Shown here one piece after another: positions 1-7,291 of a DNA stretch of 17,533 nucleotides (its first letter is position 1; each line of letters starts with the position of its first letter). Both the position numbers and the translations under genes were made by a program. Source of the stretch: Candidatus Firestoneibacteriota bacterium (GTDB lineage Bacteria > Oederibacteriota > D2-FULL-39-29 > JBBTED01); contig JBBTED010000162.1 in assembly GCA_038042445.1 (NCBI GenBank), positions 1 to 17,533 on the forward strand, given 5' to 3'. The notes beneath the pieces are model-generated. The model did no database searches and was not told where the DNA came from. It worked only from the letters and a program-made list of their open reading frames with translations.

Positions 1-1071
1 GTATTTCCTAAATATAATTTTCCTTTTGATGGTTGTATTGCAAGGTATGGCAGGTTTGCAAATTTTGCACATAGTGAACCGTTACAACTTGCTGCTGAAA
101 CAGGTATTTTAGGTATATTATGTATAATATGGATTTTTATGCTGTTCGGAAAAAACATAATATCTCAGGTAGCTGCAGGCTTTAGCCTGCGGTATTTCAC
201 TTTGTTTGGTTTCTTATCTGTGTTTGCAGGAATTTTTACGCAAAGCATAGTAGATTTTAATTTGCATTTACCATCAATTGCATTACTATTTATTTTGTCA
301 ATGGGATTGTTATCAAAAGATATAAAAACAATTCATATCCCTGATTTAAATGAAAAAAAGTGGTGGCAATCTTCGGCAGGCAGATTGAAAGCATATTTTT
401 CATTTTTTATTTTAGTTTTATTTTTAATGACTTTGCAAAATTATTTTGCAGGTGTTTTTAGTCTGAAAGCAGAAAAATATATTGTCCATGGAGATTTTAA
501 TAAATCTATTTCTATGTATCGCAATGCTATTTTGCTTGATCCTCTTAATCCAAAATACCATGATGAACTTGGAAAACTTTATGCAAATGATTTTTATAAA
601 AGCAGAAACGATTTATCCTTTAAATATTCTGAAAAAGAGTTTTTAAAAGCAATAAAATTCAATAGGGCAGATGGATTTTACAGAAAGCATTTGGCAAATT
701 TATATGCAAATACAAGTTTATTAGTTAATAATAAGGATTTAGAAGATGCTGCTATTGAATCTTATAAAGAGGCAATTGAGTTGCGTCCGTATGACCCTTT
801 TATAATATTTGAACTTGCAAGTTTTTATGAGGCAAACAAAAAATATTTAGATGCAATAGTTTTATATAAACAGGCAGTAGCTATTGAACCAAACTATATT
901 CTTGCACATTATAATTTGAGTGGACTATATAAAAAATCAGGCAATAAAAAAGATGCTATTGCAGAGTATGAAACAGTAGCCAAACTACGTCAAAAATATT
1001 CCACAAAAGATGCTATTTCCAATTACGAAAAACGTCTAATAGATTCCTATTTTTCAGTAAAAATAAAGTAA
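1..1071 (+). CDS. O-antigen ligase/Wzy-like membrane protein with C-terminal TPR repeats (5' end outside window)
   Basis: Frame is open from base 1 (VFPKYNFPFDGCIARYGRFANFAHSEPLQLAAETGILG...), so ATG 139 is internal. AHSEPLQLAAETGILG and QSIVDFNLHLP resemble O-antigen ligase motifs; hydrophobic segments are followed by TPR-like repeats (AILLDPLNPKYHDELGKLY, AIELRPYDP, AVAIEPNYILAHYNL). Confidence 0.8.
   Translation, partial: VFPKYNFPFDGCIARYGRFANFAHSEPLQLAAETGILGILCIIWIFMLFGKNIISQVAAGFSLRYFTLFGFLSVFAGIFTQSIVDFNLHLPSIALLFILSMGLLSKDIKTIHIPDLNEKKWWQSSAGRLKAYFSFFILVLFLMTLQNYFAGVFSLKAEKYIVHGDFNKSISMYRNAILLDPLNPKYHDELGKLYANDFYKSRNDLSFKYSEKEFLKAIKFNRADGFYRKHLANLYANTSLLVNNKDLEDAAIESYKEAIELRPYDPFIIFELASFYEANKKYLDAIVLYKQAVAIEPNYILAHYNLSGLYKKSGNKKDAIAEYETVAKLRQKYSTKDAISNYEKRLIDSYFSVKIK
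169..191 (+). repeat. GTAG-type REP-like palindrome inside a CDS
   Basis: GTAGCTGCAGGCTTTAGCCTGCG, 22/23 identical to the intergenic copy at 6597-6619; hairpin GCAGGC-TTTA-GCCTGC. Confidence 0.85.
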
Positions 1072-1093
1072 TAGTTACAAAATAAAACAATAA

Positions 1094-1120
1094 GCAGGAA
1101 CATTCATGCCTGTTTTCTGC
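1094..1120 (+). terminator. Imperfect hairpin after the ligase/TPR gene (terminator or degenerate repeat)
   Basis: GCAGGAACA...TGTTTTCTGC inverted arms about 22 nt after the stop; no U-tract follows. Confidence 0.3.
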
Positions 1121-1140
1121 AAATCCTCATTGTTGACCTG

Positions 1141-1178
1141 AAATGTCAAAAAATTGAACTTTCAAACCATTGACATTT
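1141..1178. promoter_or_regulatory. 38-bp dyad overlapping a TTGACA hexamer, candidate operator
   Basis: AAATGTCAA-N4-TTGAA-CT-TTCAA-N4-TTGACATTT is symmetric about 1159/1160; TTGACA at 1170-1175. Confidence 0.4.
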
Positions 1179-1239
1179 TATGGAAATTGGACAATATTAG
1201 TAAGTATATATGAACCTGTATTTTTTCCGGTATTATAAT

Positions 1240-3345
1240 ATGAATAAAATACTAAAAACAGGATTAGTTATTTTTGGATTTGTTATTATTTTTATGCCAC
1301 TGGGTGCGCAGGGAGTTACACCTGCAGAAGTTTTAGTTTTGATAGATAGTAACTCAAGTATATCAAGGAGAGTAGGGGAATATTATGCATTAAAGCGTAG
1401 AATTCCAGGTGATAATATATTATATCTTTCTCCACCTTCAAATGTTGTATTTTCATATTCCCTATCAGAGTATAAAACTACAATAGAACAGCCTGTTATG
1501 AATTATATACAAAGTAGAAATCCATCAATAAAATACATCGTATTGTCCTGGGGTTTTGGATATAAAGTTGAGGTAGATAGTTTAAGAGATGGAAGTTCAG
1601 TAGAAGGTTTGTTAGGTTATTTACCTGTATCACAGGCAAAGGATGATATGAAAGCTACAATACCTACGTATTATAATAGTGGGAAACATATAGAAGAGTA
1701 TGCGACTTTACCTGTTTACATAGTAGGACGAATAGATGGATATACAGAAGAGATAGCGAAAAGAATAATAGACGATGCAATATCAGCAGAGCAAACAGGA
1801 GTAGTAGGTAAATCATATCTGCTACCTGGTGGTGATGTTATTGCAGATAGAGTCGTTGCACTTCACGAAAAGATGAAAGTACTATTAGGTGAAGCAAATG
1901 CAAAAATTGATAAATATGAACTAGAAACTGATCCTATGTATACTGAAATGGGTTTAAAATACAGGGGAATCAATGCGAATATTGGAGATTGGAATTCATT
2001 ATTTAAAGGAGGTGCTGCTGATTGTTTGTTTTACTATGGTGGCGATGCTAATGGACGAGCAGAATATTATGATGTATTTGATTGGGTTAAAGGGTCATTA
2101 TCAATTGATTTGAGATTAGGTGAGACAGCAGCTTCAAGATATAGCAGGATTACAGCATGGGCAGGACCATATATAGCAATAGAAGATTCATCAATAAGCC
2201 ATAAAGGGAATCACTGTGTTTTATTTGACAATAGTGATGGTTTATTAAAAGACTGGTATGTTTGGCAAGCTACATTTACCAGAAATGGTAATGGTGCTTC
2301 TTCTGATGGTTATGTATATTTATGTCAGACTACAGCAAAGCCAATAATACTTAGTGGATGGAATAAAACGGAAAATGTAGGAGGAACATCAGACAACAAT
2401 TTTGGAATAGAAGCAAAAGTAAAGATGTATGATACAGATAATCCAGGTTCTGGAGATGCAAGTGCAACAAAATCAGCAACAGTATATGTTCCATTTAATG
2501 TAGGCACACATAGTTGGGAAGAAACATCAAAGACATGGACACCAAGTTATCCTATAAAATATATAGATTTCAAGGTGATATTTAAAGGGCATACTGGTAA
2601 GGCGTGGATAGATGATTTATCAATAGTAGAAGCAGACAACACAACGCAAAATTTTTTGATGGCAGATAAGTATAATGTGTATAAACCAGGTGAGAATTAT
2701 ACAATACCTACAACACCACAAAGACATTTTCCGGATTTTGAAATATGGGATTCAAGTTATCCTGGTTGGGATGCAAGTGAGAATGCCTGGCTTTCGGGAA
2801 ATAATGTTTTCGCAAAGCAATTTGCATTAGAATCAATAGTCCAAGGAGCAACAGGAGCAATGGGAAAAACAGGACATGGGAACTATTGGAGAGGTTGGGA
2901 TGGAGCTGAAGATTATAAATTATTAGAATGGTTTGTGAAAGGATATTCATTTGGAGAAGCATTATGGATGACAGCGTATAAGGTGCCAAATACATTCGTA
3001 TATATAGGAGACCCATTATATAATCCATATGGAGCAAAAACAGGGATATATGGTTCTGTAGTAACAAATAGTTCTGTGCCAGTGAATGTGTATCCACAGC
3101 CATTTAAAGCAAGTGTAGGGCATACAGTGATACATTTTACAAAGTTGACTGGACATACAAGAATACAGATATTCAATGTAGCAGGAGAATTAGTATATGA
3201 TGAAGAGAAAGACACACCAACTGGAGATATGGAATGGAATGTAGTAAATAGCAGAGGTGAGAAAGTATCAAGCGGGATATATTTTTATGTAGCCCTTGAC
3301 GAGAATAAAAATCTAAAAAAAGGCAAATTAGCAATATTGAGATAG
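1240..3345 (+). CDS. Secreted TIGR03790-family protein with inserted carbohydrate-binding-like domain and C-terminal FlgD-Ig/T9SS-type-A-like tail
   Basis: Signal peptide from ATG 1240 (MNKILKTGLVIFGFVIIFMPLGA; the track start of 1210 is an alternative). Family-like motifs VLVLIDSNSSISRRVGEYYALKRRIP, KYIVL, YIVGRIDG, GYSFGEA, YIGDPLYNP. Tail VYPQPFK...IQIFNVAGELV...WNVVNSRGEKVSSGIYFY. Confidence 0.75.
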   Translation: MNKILKTGLVIFGFVIIFMPLGAQGVTPAEVLVLIDSNSSISRRVGEYYALKRRIPGDNILYLSPPSNVVFSYSLSEYKTTIEQPVMNYIQSRNPSIKYIVLSWGFGYKVEVDSLRDGSSVEGLLGYLPVSQAKDDMKATIPTYYNSGKHIEEYATLPVYIVGRIDGYTEEIAKRIIDDAISAEQTGVVGKSYLLPGGDVIADRVVALHEKMKVLLGEANAKIDKYELETDPMYTEMGLKYRGINANIGDWNSLFKGGAADCLFYYGGDANGRAEYYDVFDWVKGSLSIDLRLGETAASRYSRITAWAGPYIAIEDSSISHKGNHCVLFDNSDGLLKDWYVWQATFTRNGNGASSDGYVYLCQTTAKPIILSGWNKTENVGGTSDNNFGIEAKVKMYDTDNPGSGDASATKSATVYVPFNVGTHSWEETSKTWTPSYPIKYIDFKVIFKGHTGKAWIDDLSIVEADNTTQNFLMADKYNVYKPGENYTIPTTPQRHFPDFEIWDSSYPGWDASENAWLSGNNVFAKQFALESIVQGATGAMGKTGHGNYWRGWDGAEDYKLLEWFVKGYSFGEALWMTAYKVPNTFVYIGDPLYNPYGAKTGIYGSVVTNSSVPVNVYPQPFKASVGHTVIHFTKLTGHTRIQIFNVAGELVYDEEKDTPTGDMEWNVVNSRGEKVSSGIYFYVALDENKNLKKGKLAILR

Positions 3346-3358
3346 TTAATTATATATA

Positions 3359-4825
3359 TTAGTGCGAGAGAGCGTAGACTATTGAATTTATTCCGAGTTT
3401 TATGCTATCTTCAGGCTGATAGGTTTTTGTGTAAGGTCTTATTTGCTGGTCCCAGGCCATACCATATTTACTATATAAAACCATCGCATAGTCTTTTGCC
3501 ATTATACCTTCAAGGTATGGTTCTTTATTTCCTGCTCTTGACTGGCTTGCTTTTTGTGTGTATTCTACCTGGTCAATTGTATAAAACGAGTTAAATACAG
3601 GATGTGTTGGAGGTAATTCAGTTAAATCATTGTTTGGAAATATTTTTTTTAGTTCTCGTCTGAATGCTAAGTCAAATTCACTTGATCCACAACAACAATT
3701 AACTAACAGAAAGCCTCCGTTATATAGATACTTAGTCAATTTTGCAGCATCTGTTTGGGAAAATTGAAAGTCAGTATGGCCAGTCATATAAATAAAAGGA
3801 TGATTTGTTAAATCGTCCTTTGTAAGATGGACACTGATTCTATTATATTGGACATTACTCATTGTTGTGGCTCCGAGTTTCTTTAGAAATTGTGTTATTG
3901 CTCCTGGGTGTGGATCCCAATCGCCATTATGCACTACTTGTGCAAATGTAAATTCTCCGCCACTGCTTTTGTCATTGGTTTCATATACAGATTCTTTAGC
4001 CAGGTTTTTTCCTACTTTATGAAATGCCAGAACATAAGCTACAATATTTGCTCCAATTTTTAATGCATCATTGGTTTGTATTGTTTCTCTTGCTGTTGGA
4101 ACTGGGACATTATCCCAGCCACTGCTTAAATCTGCAGTAGATAAAATAACTGCTAATCTGCATCCTAAATTTACACCTTCAAGACGTGGTGTTTCACTTG
4201 ATTTAGTCTGTCCAGAGCGTATGTAATTTATCTTTTCAACTTTAAAAAATGAAGAGTATATCGGATGTGAAGATGAAATAATTTGAAAAGAACGTTGTGG
4301 AAGTATATTTTCAAATTCTTTTCTAAAAGATTCTGTAAAGACAGTATTGCCACAACAGGCATTACCTAGTATTGTGCCACCGTCAACTAAATATTTATAT
4401 ATTTTTTTCTTTTGTTCGTCTGTAAAAACTATTTTTTTGTGACCAGTGAAATATATTATTGGAATGGCATTTGCATCAAAAGAAAACTGGTCTAATATTA
4501 CTTCGTTATTTGTGTATGATATCCCAAGTTGTGGGCTTGCCCAATCAAGCATTTGTTTTACGTCAGAGATGTGACCTCTCCATCCTTCTCCTGTTACATA
4601 TTTTATTTTTGAAATTAATGCTAAAGGTTGTGGTGGTCTTTTTTGCTCTGTTCGTCTTAATGGAACTACAGGCAATGGAAGTGGAGGAAATCCTTCAGCA
4701 CCGGATATTCTCTGTGGTTTTGCTCCCGGAGGTGAACCATGAATTATATCCTGTTCTTGTTGTGCTAAAGATATTGAGCAAAGGAGCAATAATTGAATTA
4801 TTATAGTAATTACTAATTTTAACAT
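3359..4825 (-). CDS. Exported protein with two tandem DUF4159-like domains
   Basis: Signal peptide and Pro-rich N-terminus, then two homologous halves (PIIYFTGH...KYLVDGGTILGNACCG...F..E...ILP...HPIY vs PFIYMTGH...KYLYNGGFLLVNCCCG...F..E...IFP...HPVF), each ending ALKIGANIVAY / SIKLGINSIVY. Confidence 0.8.
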   Translation of the reverse strand: MLKLVITIIIQLLLLCSISLAQQEQDIIHGSPPGAKPQRISGAEGFPPLPLPVVPLRRTEQKRPPQPLALISKIKYVTGEGWRGHISDVKQMLDWASPQLGISYTNNEVILDQFSFDANAIPIIYFTGHKKIVFTDEQKKKIYKYLVDGGTILGNACCGNTVFTESFRKEFENILPQRSFQIISSSHPIYSSFFKVEKINYIRSGQTKSSETPRLEGVNLGCRLAVILSTADLSSGWDNVPVPTARETIQTNDALKIGANIVAYVLAFHKVGKNLAKESVYETNDKSSGGEFTFAQVVHNGDWDPHPGAITQFLKKLGATTMSNVQYNRISVHLTKDDLTNHPFIYMTGHTDFQFSQTDAAKLTKYLYNGGFLLVNCCCGSSEFDLAFRRELKKIFPNNDLTELPPTHPVFNSFYTIDQVEYTQKASQSRAGNKEPYLEGIMAKDYAMVLYSKYGMAWDQQIRPYTKTYQPEDSIKLGINSIVYALSH

Positions 4826-4843
4826 AATTTTCTTCTTTCTGTT

Positions 4844-4904
4844 TTGTCATGCTGAATTTATTTCAGCATCTCTTTTAGACCCTGAAACAAGTTCAGGGTG
4901 ACAA
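4844..4904. repeat. TGTC/CGTC-type REP-like paired palindrome
   Basis: TTGTCATGCTGAATTTATTTCAGCATCT-cttt-TAGACCCTGAAACAAGTTCAGGGTGACAA: two hairpins in inverted orientation bounded by TTGTC...GACAA. Confidence 0.8.
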
Positions 4905-4909
4905 TACCT

Positions 4910-4939
4910 AATATATGCACTTTTCTTAAGAAAAGTCAA
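4910..4939 (-). promoter_or_regulatory. Putative sigma70 promoter for the DUF4159 gene with an 18-bp palindrome in the spacer
   Basis: Minus strand TTGACT (4939-4934)-N18-TATATT (4915-4910); perfect palindrome ACTTTTCTTAAGAAAAGT at 4919-4936. Confidence 0.45.
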
Positions 4940-4986
4940 ATTTTTTGATGCTAATTTATTATTTTGTATGATACAATCAATTATAT

Positions 4987-5060
4987 GGCGCGTTCGTCTA
5001 TTTGGTTAGGACGCCGCCCTCTCAAGGCGGAGATGACGGGTTCGAGTCCCGTACGCGCTA
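4987..5060 (+). tRNA. tRNA-Glu, anticodon CTC; CCA not encoded
   Basis: Acceptor GGCGCGT/ACGCGCT plus discriminator A; D-arm GTCT...GGAC; anticodon arm CCGCC-CT-CTC-AA-GGCGG; T-arm ACGGG-TTCGAGT-CCCGT. Followed by CTT rather than CCA. Extended -10 TGaTACAAT at 4969-4977. Confidence 0.95.
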
Positions 5061-5090
5061 CTTCAAATTAACCCTTTTTTATGCGACTCC

Positions 5091-5128
5091 AATATGTTAG
5101 TTTTTTAACGTTAAAAAATTAACATATT
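5091..5128. other. 38-bp near-perfect loopless palindrome
   Basis: AATATGTTAGTTTTTTAAC|GTTAAAAAATTAACATATT, with a single G/T mismatch (5100/5119). Confidence 0.7.
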
Positions 5129-5244
5129 AAAAACTTGCCAAAATTCCAAAAAAATGAAAAAACTGACATAGAGAAATGTAGTAATAAAAAAATACTATGT
5201 ATGTGTTAATAATGCACTACAATAGTATATGGAGGAATGGTGAT

Positions 5245-6069
5245 ATGGGTAAATATAAAAACGCAGTAGGCGGAGCTATGTGTCTTGTTTTGGTATTTGC
5301 ACTTGCCGGGTGTAATATCTTTTCATGGGCGCATAACGAAGGATCAAGTGATAATGCTGAAATCAGGGTTGCTGATGGTAATACTTCTTTAGCAAATGGT
5401 GATTATGTTAAAGCATTAGATAGTTATCAGGCAGCAATTACTGCCAATCCGCAAAACAGTGAAGCCCGGTATGGTTATATAAAAGCGTATATCAAAGATA
5501 TGGGACTTGACATAGCAGAAATGGCAAAAACATATAGTGATGAGAATAAGAGTATAGCTTATACAGTTATTGCATTTTCAGGACAAGCAAGTGTAAAAGC
5601 AGAGCTAATTGACCCGGACAAGTTTTTACCTGCTAAAATTGGTGGAGTGAAAAAACTTGAAGAATTGGGAGATAAATTAGTGGAAATGCTTGAGCCAATA
5701 GCAGAAGGCAGATGCGATGGAAAAATTTCAAATAAAAATCCTGAAGTGAATTTAAATCTTGCGCTTGGGTATCTTTTGAAGGCAATATTTAACATTGCGG
5801 ATAACAATCATGATTATGTGTTAGATTACAAAGTAAGACGAGAAGATAATGGAACTATAACAGTAATAGATATTGCCGGAAATGTAATTACAGATGGTTC
5901 AAAAATTCTTAGAGAAAAAGCTGCAACAGTGGATTATATGACAAAAGCAGTGAATAAGATTCAGGTTGCAATAGATAATAACAAAGGTGGACTCACGATT
6001 TGGAATAAAATAAAAGATGTATTAGTTGATGTCCAAGCTAAAATAGAAAAATACGAAGAGAAAGCATAA
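5245..6069 (+). CDS. Lipoprotein with N-terminal TPR, function unknown
   Basis: GGAGG at 5231-5235 favours ATG 5245 over 5197. Lipobox LAGC; TPR-like DGNTSLANGDYVKALDSYQAAITANPQNSEARYG. Confidence 0.75.
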   Translation: MGKYKNAVGGAMCLVLVFALAGCNIFSWAHNEGSSDNAEIRVADGNTSLANGDYVKALDSYQAAITANPQNSEARYGYIKAYIKDMGLDIAEMAKTYSDENKSIAYTVIAFSGQASVKAELIDPDKFLPAKIGGVKKLEELGDKLVEMLEPIAEGRCDGKISNKNPEVNLNLALGYLLKAIFNIADNNHDYVLDYKVRREDNGTITVIDIAGNVITDGSKILREKAATVDYMTKAVNKIQVAIDNNKGGLTIWNKIKDVLVDVQAKIEKYEEKA

Positions 6070-6105
6070 ACGTAAGAAATAGATAGAGGAGTTTTTCTGA
6101 AATTT

Positions 6106-6155
6106 AAAAATCCCCCTATTTCCCTCTTTGACAAAGGGGATTAAAGGGGGTTTTT
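6106..6155 (+). repeat. CCCCC/GGGGG-tract palindromic repeat, likely also the terminator of the lipoprotein gene
   Basis: AAAAATCCCCCTATTTCCCTCTTTGACAAAGGGGATTAAAGGGGGTTTTT hairpin ending in a T-run. Confidence 0.75.
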
Positions 6156-6190
6156 TTATTAATACACCCCAAAAGTATGCCTATACATAT

Positions 6191-6219
6191 TTGACTTTTA
6201 GATAATATTAGTATATAAT
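6191..6219 (+). promoter_or_regulatory. Sigma70-type promoter
   Basis: TTGACT (6191-6196)-N17-TATAAT (6214-6219), 10 nt before ATG 6230. Confidence 0.7.
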
Positions 6220-6229
6220 TATATATAAG

Positions 6230-6550
6230 ATGAAAACCTTAGATTTATATTTAATAACAGCTGGAATAATTATGTTGGCGATTTTTATTTTTGGGGTTTA
6301 TACCCGATGTCCTGTTTGTAAAAGACTATGGGCAAGAAAATCTAAAGGTAAAGAAGAAGTTAGTAAAAAAGGTGGTTATAGATTAGGAATACAATATGAT
6401 ATTAAACGTGATGCAAATGGAAAAGAGATTAGCAAAGTTAAAAAGCAGGAACTCGTTCACGTTATTCAGGCTACTTATCAAAATTATTGGCAATGCAAAC
6501 ATTGTCAACGTATCTGGACAACACTATCTAATTCAGTATATGAAGGGTGA
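6230..6550 (+). CDS. Small membrane-anchored Zn-ribbon-like hypothetical protein
   Basis: N-terminal hydrophobic helix, then CPVC and CKHC pairs separated by about 58 aa; has its own promoter. Confidence 0.7.
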   Translation: MKTLDLYLITAGIIMLAIFIFGVYTRCPVCKRLWARKSKGKEEVSKKGGYRLGIQYDIKRDANGKEISKVKKQELVHVIQATYQNYWQCKHCQRIWTTLSNSVYEG

Positions 6551-6595
6551 AATAAAAATTACTTAATGAATTACGTTATTTGGACAATGTATGAA

Positions 6596-6652
6596 GGTAG
6601 CCGCAGGCTTTAGCCTGCGATTAAAAAACGCAAGCTAAAGCTTGCGACTACC
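6596..6652. repeat. GTAG-type REP doublet (REPIN-like)
   Basis: GTAGCCGCAGGCTTTAGCCTGCG (6597-6619) and inverted CGCAAGCTAAAGCTTGCGACTAC (6629-6651), with a compensatory G-C to A-T stem change. Confidence 0.9.
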
Positions 6653-6741
6653 ACTACTAAAATATTTGCTAACGGTGTTCAATGGGGATTTGCAAAATTA
6701 CTACCTAAAAGTCAATCATTAAAATAAATACCTTTGGATTG

Positions 6742-6780
6742 TTTACCTTTTTAATGAAAGCATTTATAATGCTTTCATTA
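6742..6780 (+). promoter_or_regulatory. Promoter with overlapping 13-bp inverted-repeat operator upstream of the XRE gene
   Basis: TTTACC (6742-6747)-N17-TATAAT (6765-6770); TAATGAAAGCATT-TAT-AATGCTTTCATTA at 6752-6780. Confidence 0.7.
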
Positions 6781-7133
6781 TGTCTGATATATACGAAATT
6801 GTTGGAAAAGCTGTTAAATCTTATAGGGAGAATAGCAGTATAACACAGGCAAAATTGGCAGAACTTACAGATTTAAGTCCTAATTTTATTGGAGAAATTG
6901 AAAGAGGAAATAAAAAGGCAAGTCTTGAGACAATCAAAAAAATAGCAGATGCTTTGCAAATTTCTACAGGGAAATTATTAGACGGTGTATTAGAAGGTAG
7001 TTTGAATGAAAGCAAAAGCAAAAAAGTATTAGATTATAAAATGGCTAAAGCAATTAAAAATATTTTAAATGACAAAAAGGCTGTTTATTCAATAGGAAAA
7101 ACGATTCTTAAAAATATAGACTTAGAAAAATAA
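6780..7133 (+). CDS. XRE/Cro-C1 family HTH transcriptional regulator
   Basis: VGKAVKSYRENSSITQAKLAELTDLSPNFIGEIERGNKKASLETIKKIADAL is a canonical HTH_3 pattern. Confidence 0.9.
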   Translation: MSDIYEIVGKAVKSYRENSSITQAKLAELTDLSPNFIGEIERGNKKASLETIKKIADALQISTGKLLDGVLEGSLNESKSKKVLDYKMAKAIKNILNDKKAVYSIGKTILKNIDLEK

Positions 7134-7144
7134 ATCCTGTTTTA

Positions 7145-7221
7145 AATTCCCCCCTACCCCCTTTAATAAAGGGGGTACCACTTCTACGCCCCCTTTATTA
7201 AAGGGGGATTAAGGGGGAATT
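7145..7221. repeat. CCCCC/GGGGG-tract repeat doublet
   Basis: Outer AATTCCCCC...GGGGGAATT; inner hairpins TACCCCCTTTA-A-TAAAGGGGGTA (7155-7177) and CCCCCTTTA-T-TAAAGGGGG (7189-7207). Confidence 0.85.
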
Positions 7222-7243
7222 GGTTTTCATTCCAAAATTAAAC

Positions 7244-7273
7244 TTGAATTCATAGAAAATTATCTGCTATAAT
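7244..7273 (+). promoter_or_regulatory. Promoter of the dapB operon
   Basis: TTGAAT (7244-7249)-N18-TATAAT (7268-7273) with extended -10 TG at 7265-7266; AGGTGA SD-like sequence before ATG 7292. Confidence 0.65.
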
Positions 7274-7291
7274 TTCATTAGGTGATATAAG

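Noticed and set aside
139..141. ATG 139 as the start of the first gene
   Set aside because: The frame is open from base 1 and includes the conserved ligase His motif upstream of this ATG.
5078..5128. dif/Xer site suggested by TATGTTA
   Set aside because: No XerC-like arm at the 11-6-11 spacing.
5197..5244. Longer N-terminus for the lipoprotein
   Set aside because: GGAGG and signal-peptide geometry favour ATG 5245.
6230..7133. Toxin-antitoxin or restriction-modification pair (Zn-ribbon + XRE)
   Set aside because: The genes are 229 bp apart with separate promoters, and no toxin, nuclease or methylase motifs are present.
5040..7290. Integrated island or prophage at tRNA-Glu
   Set aside because: No integrase and no duplicated tRNA 3' end (att) found by eye in the window.
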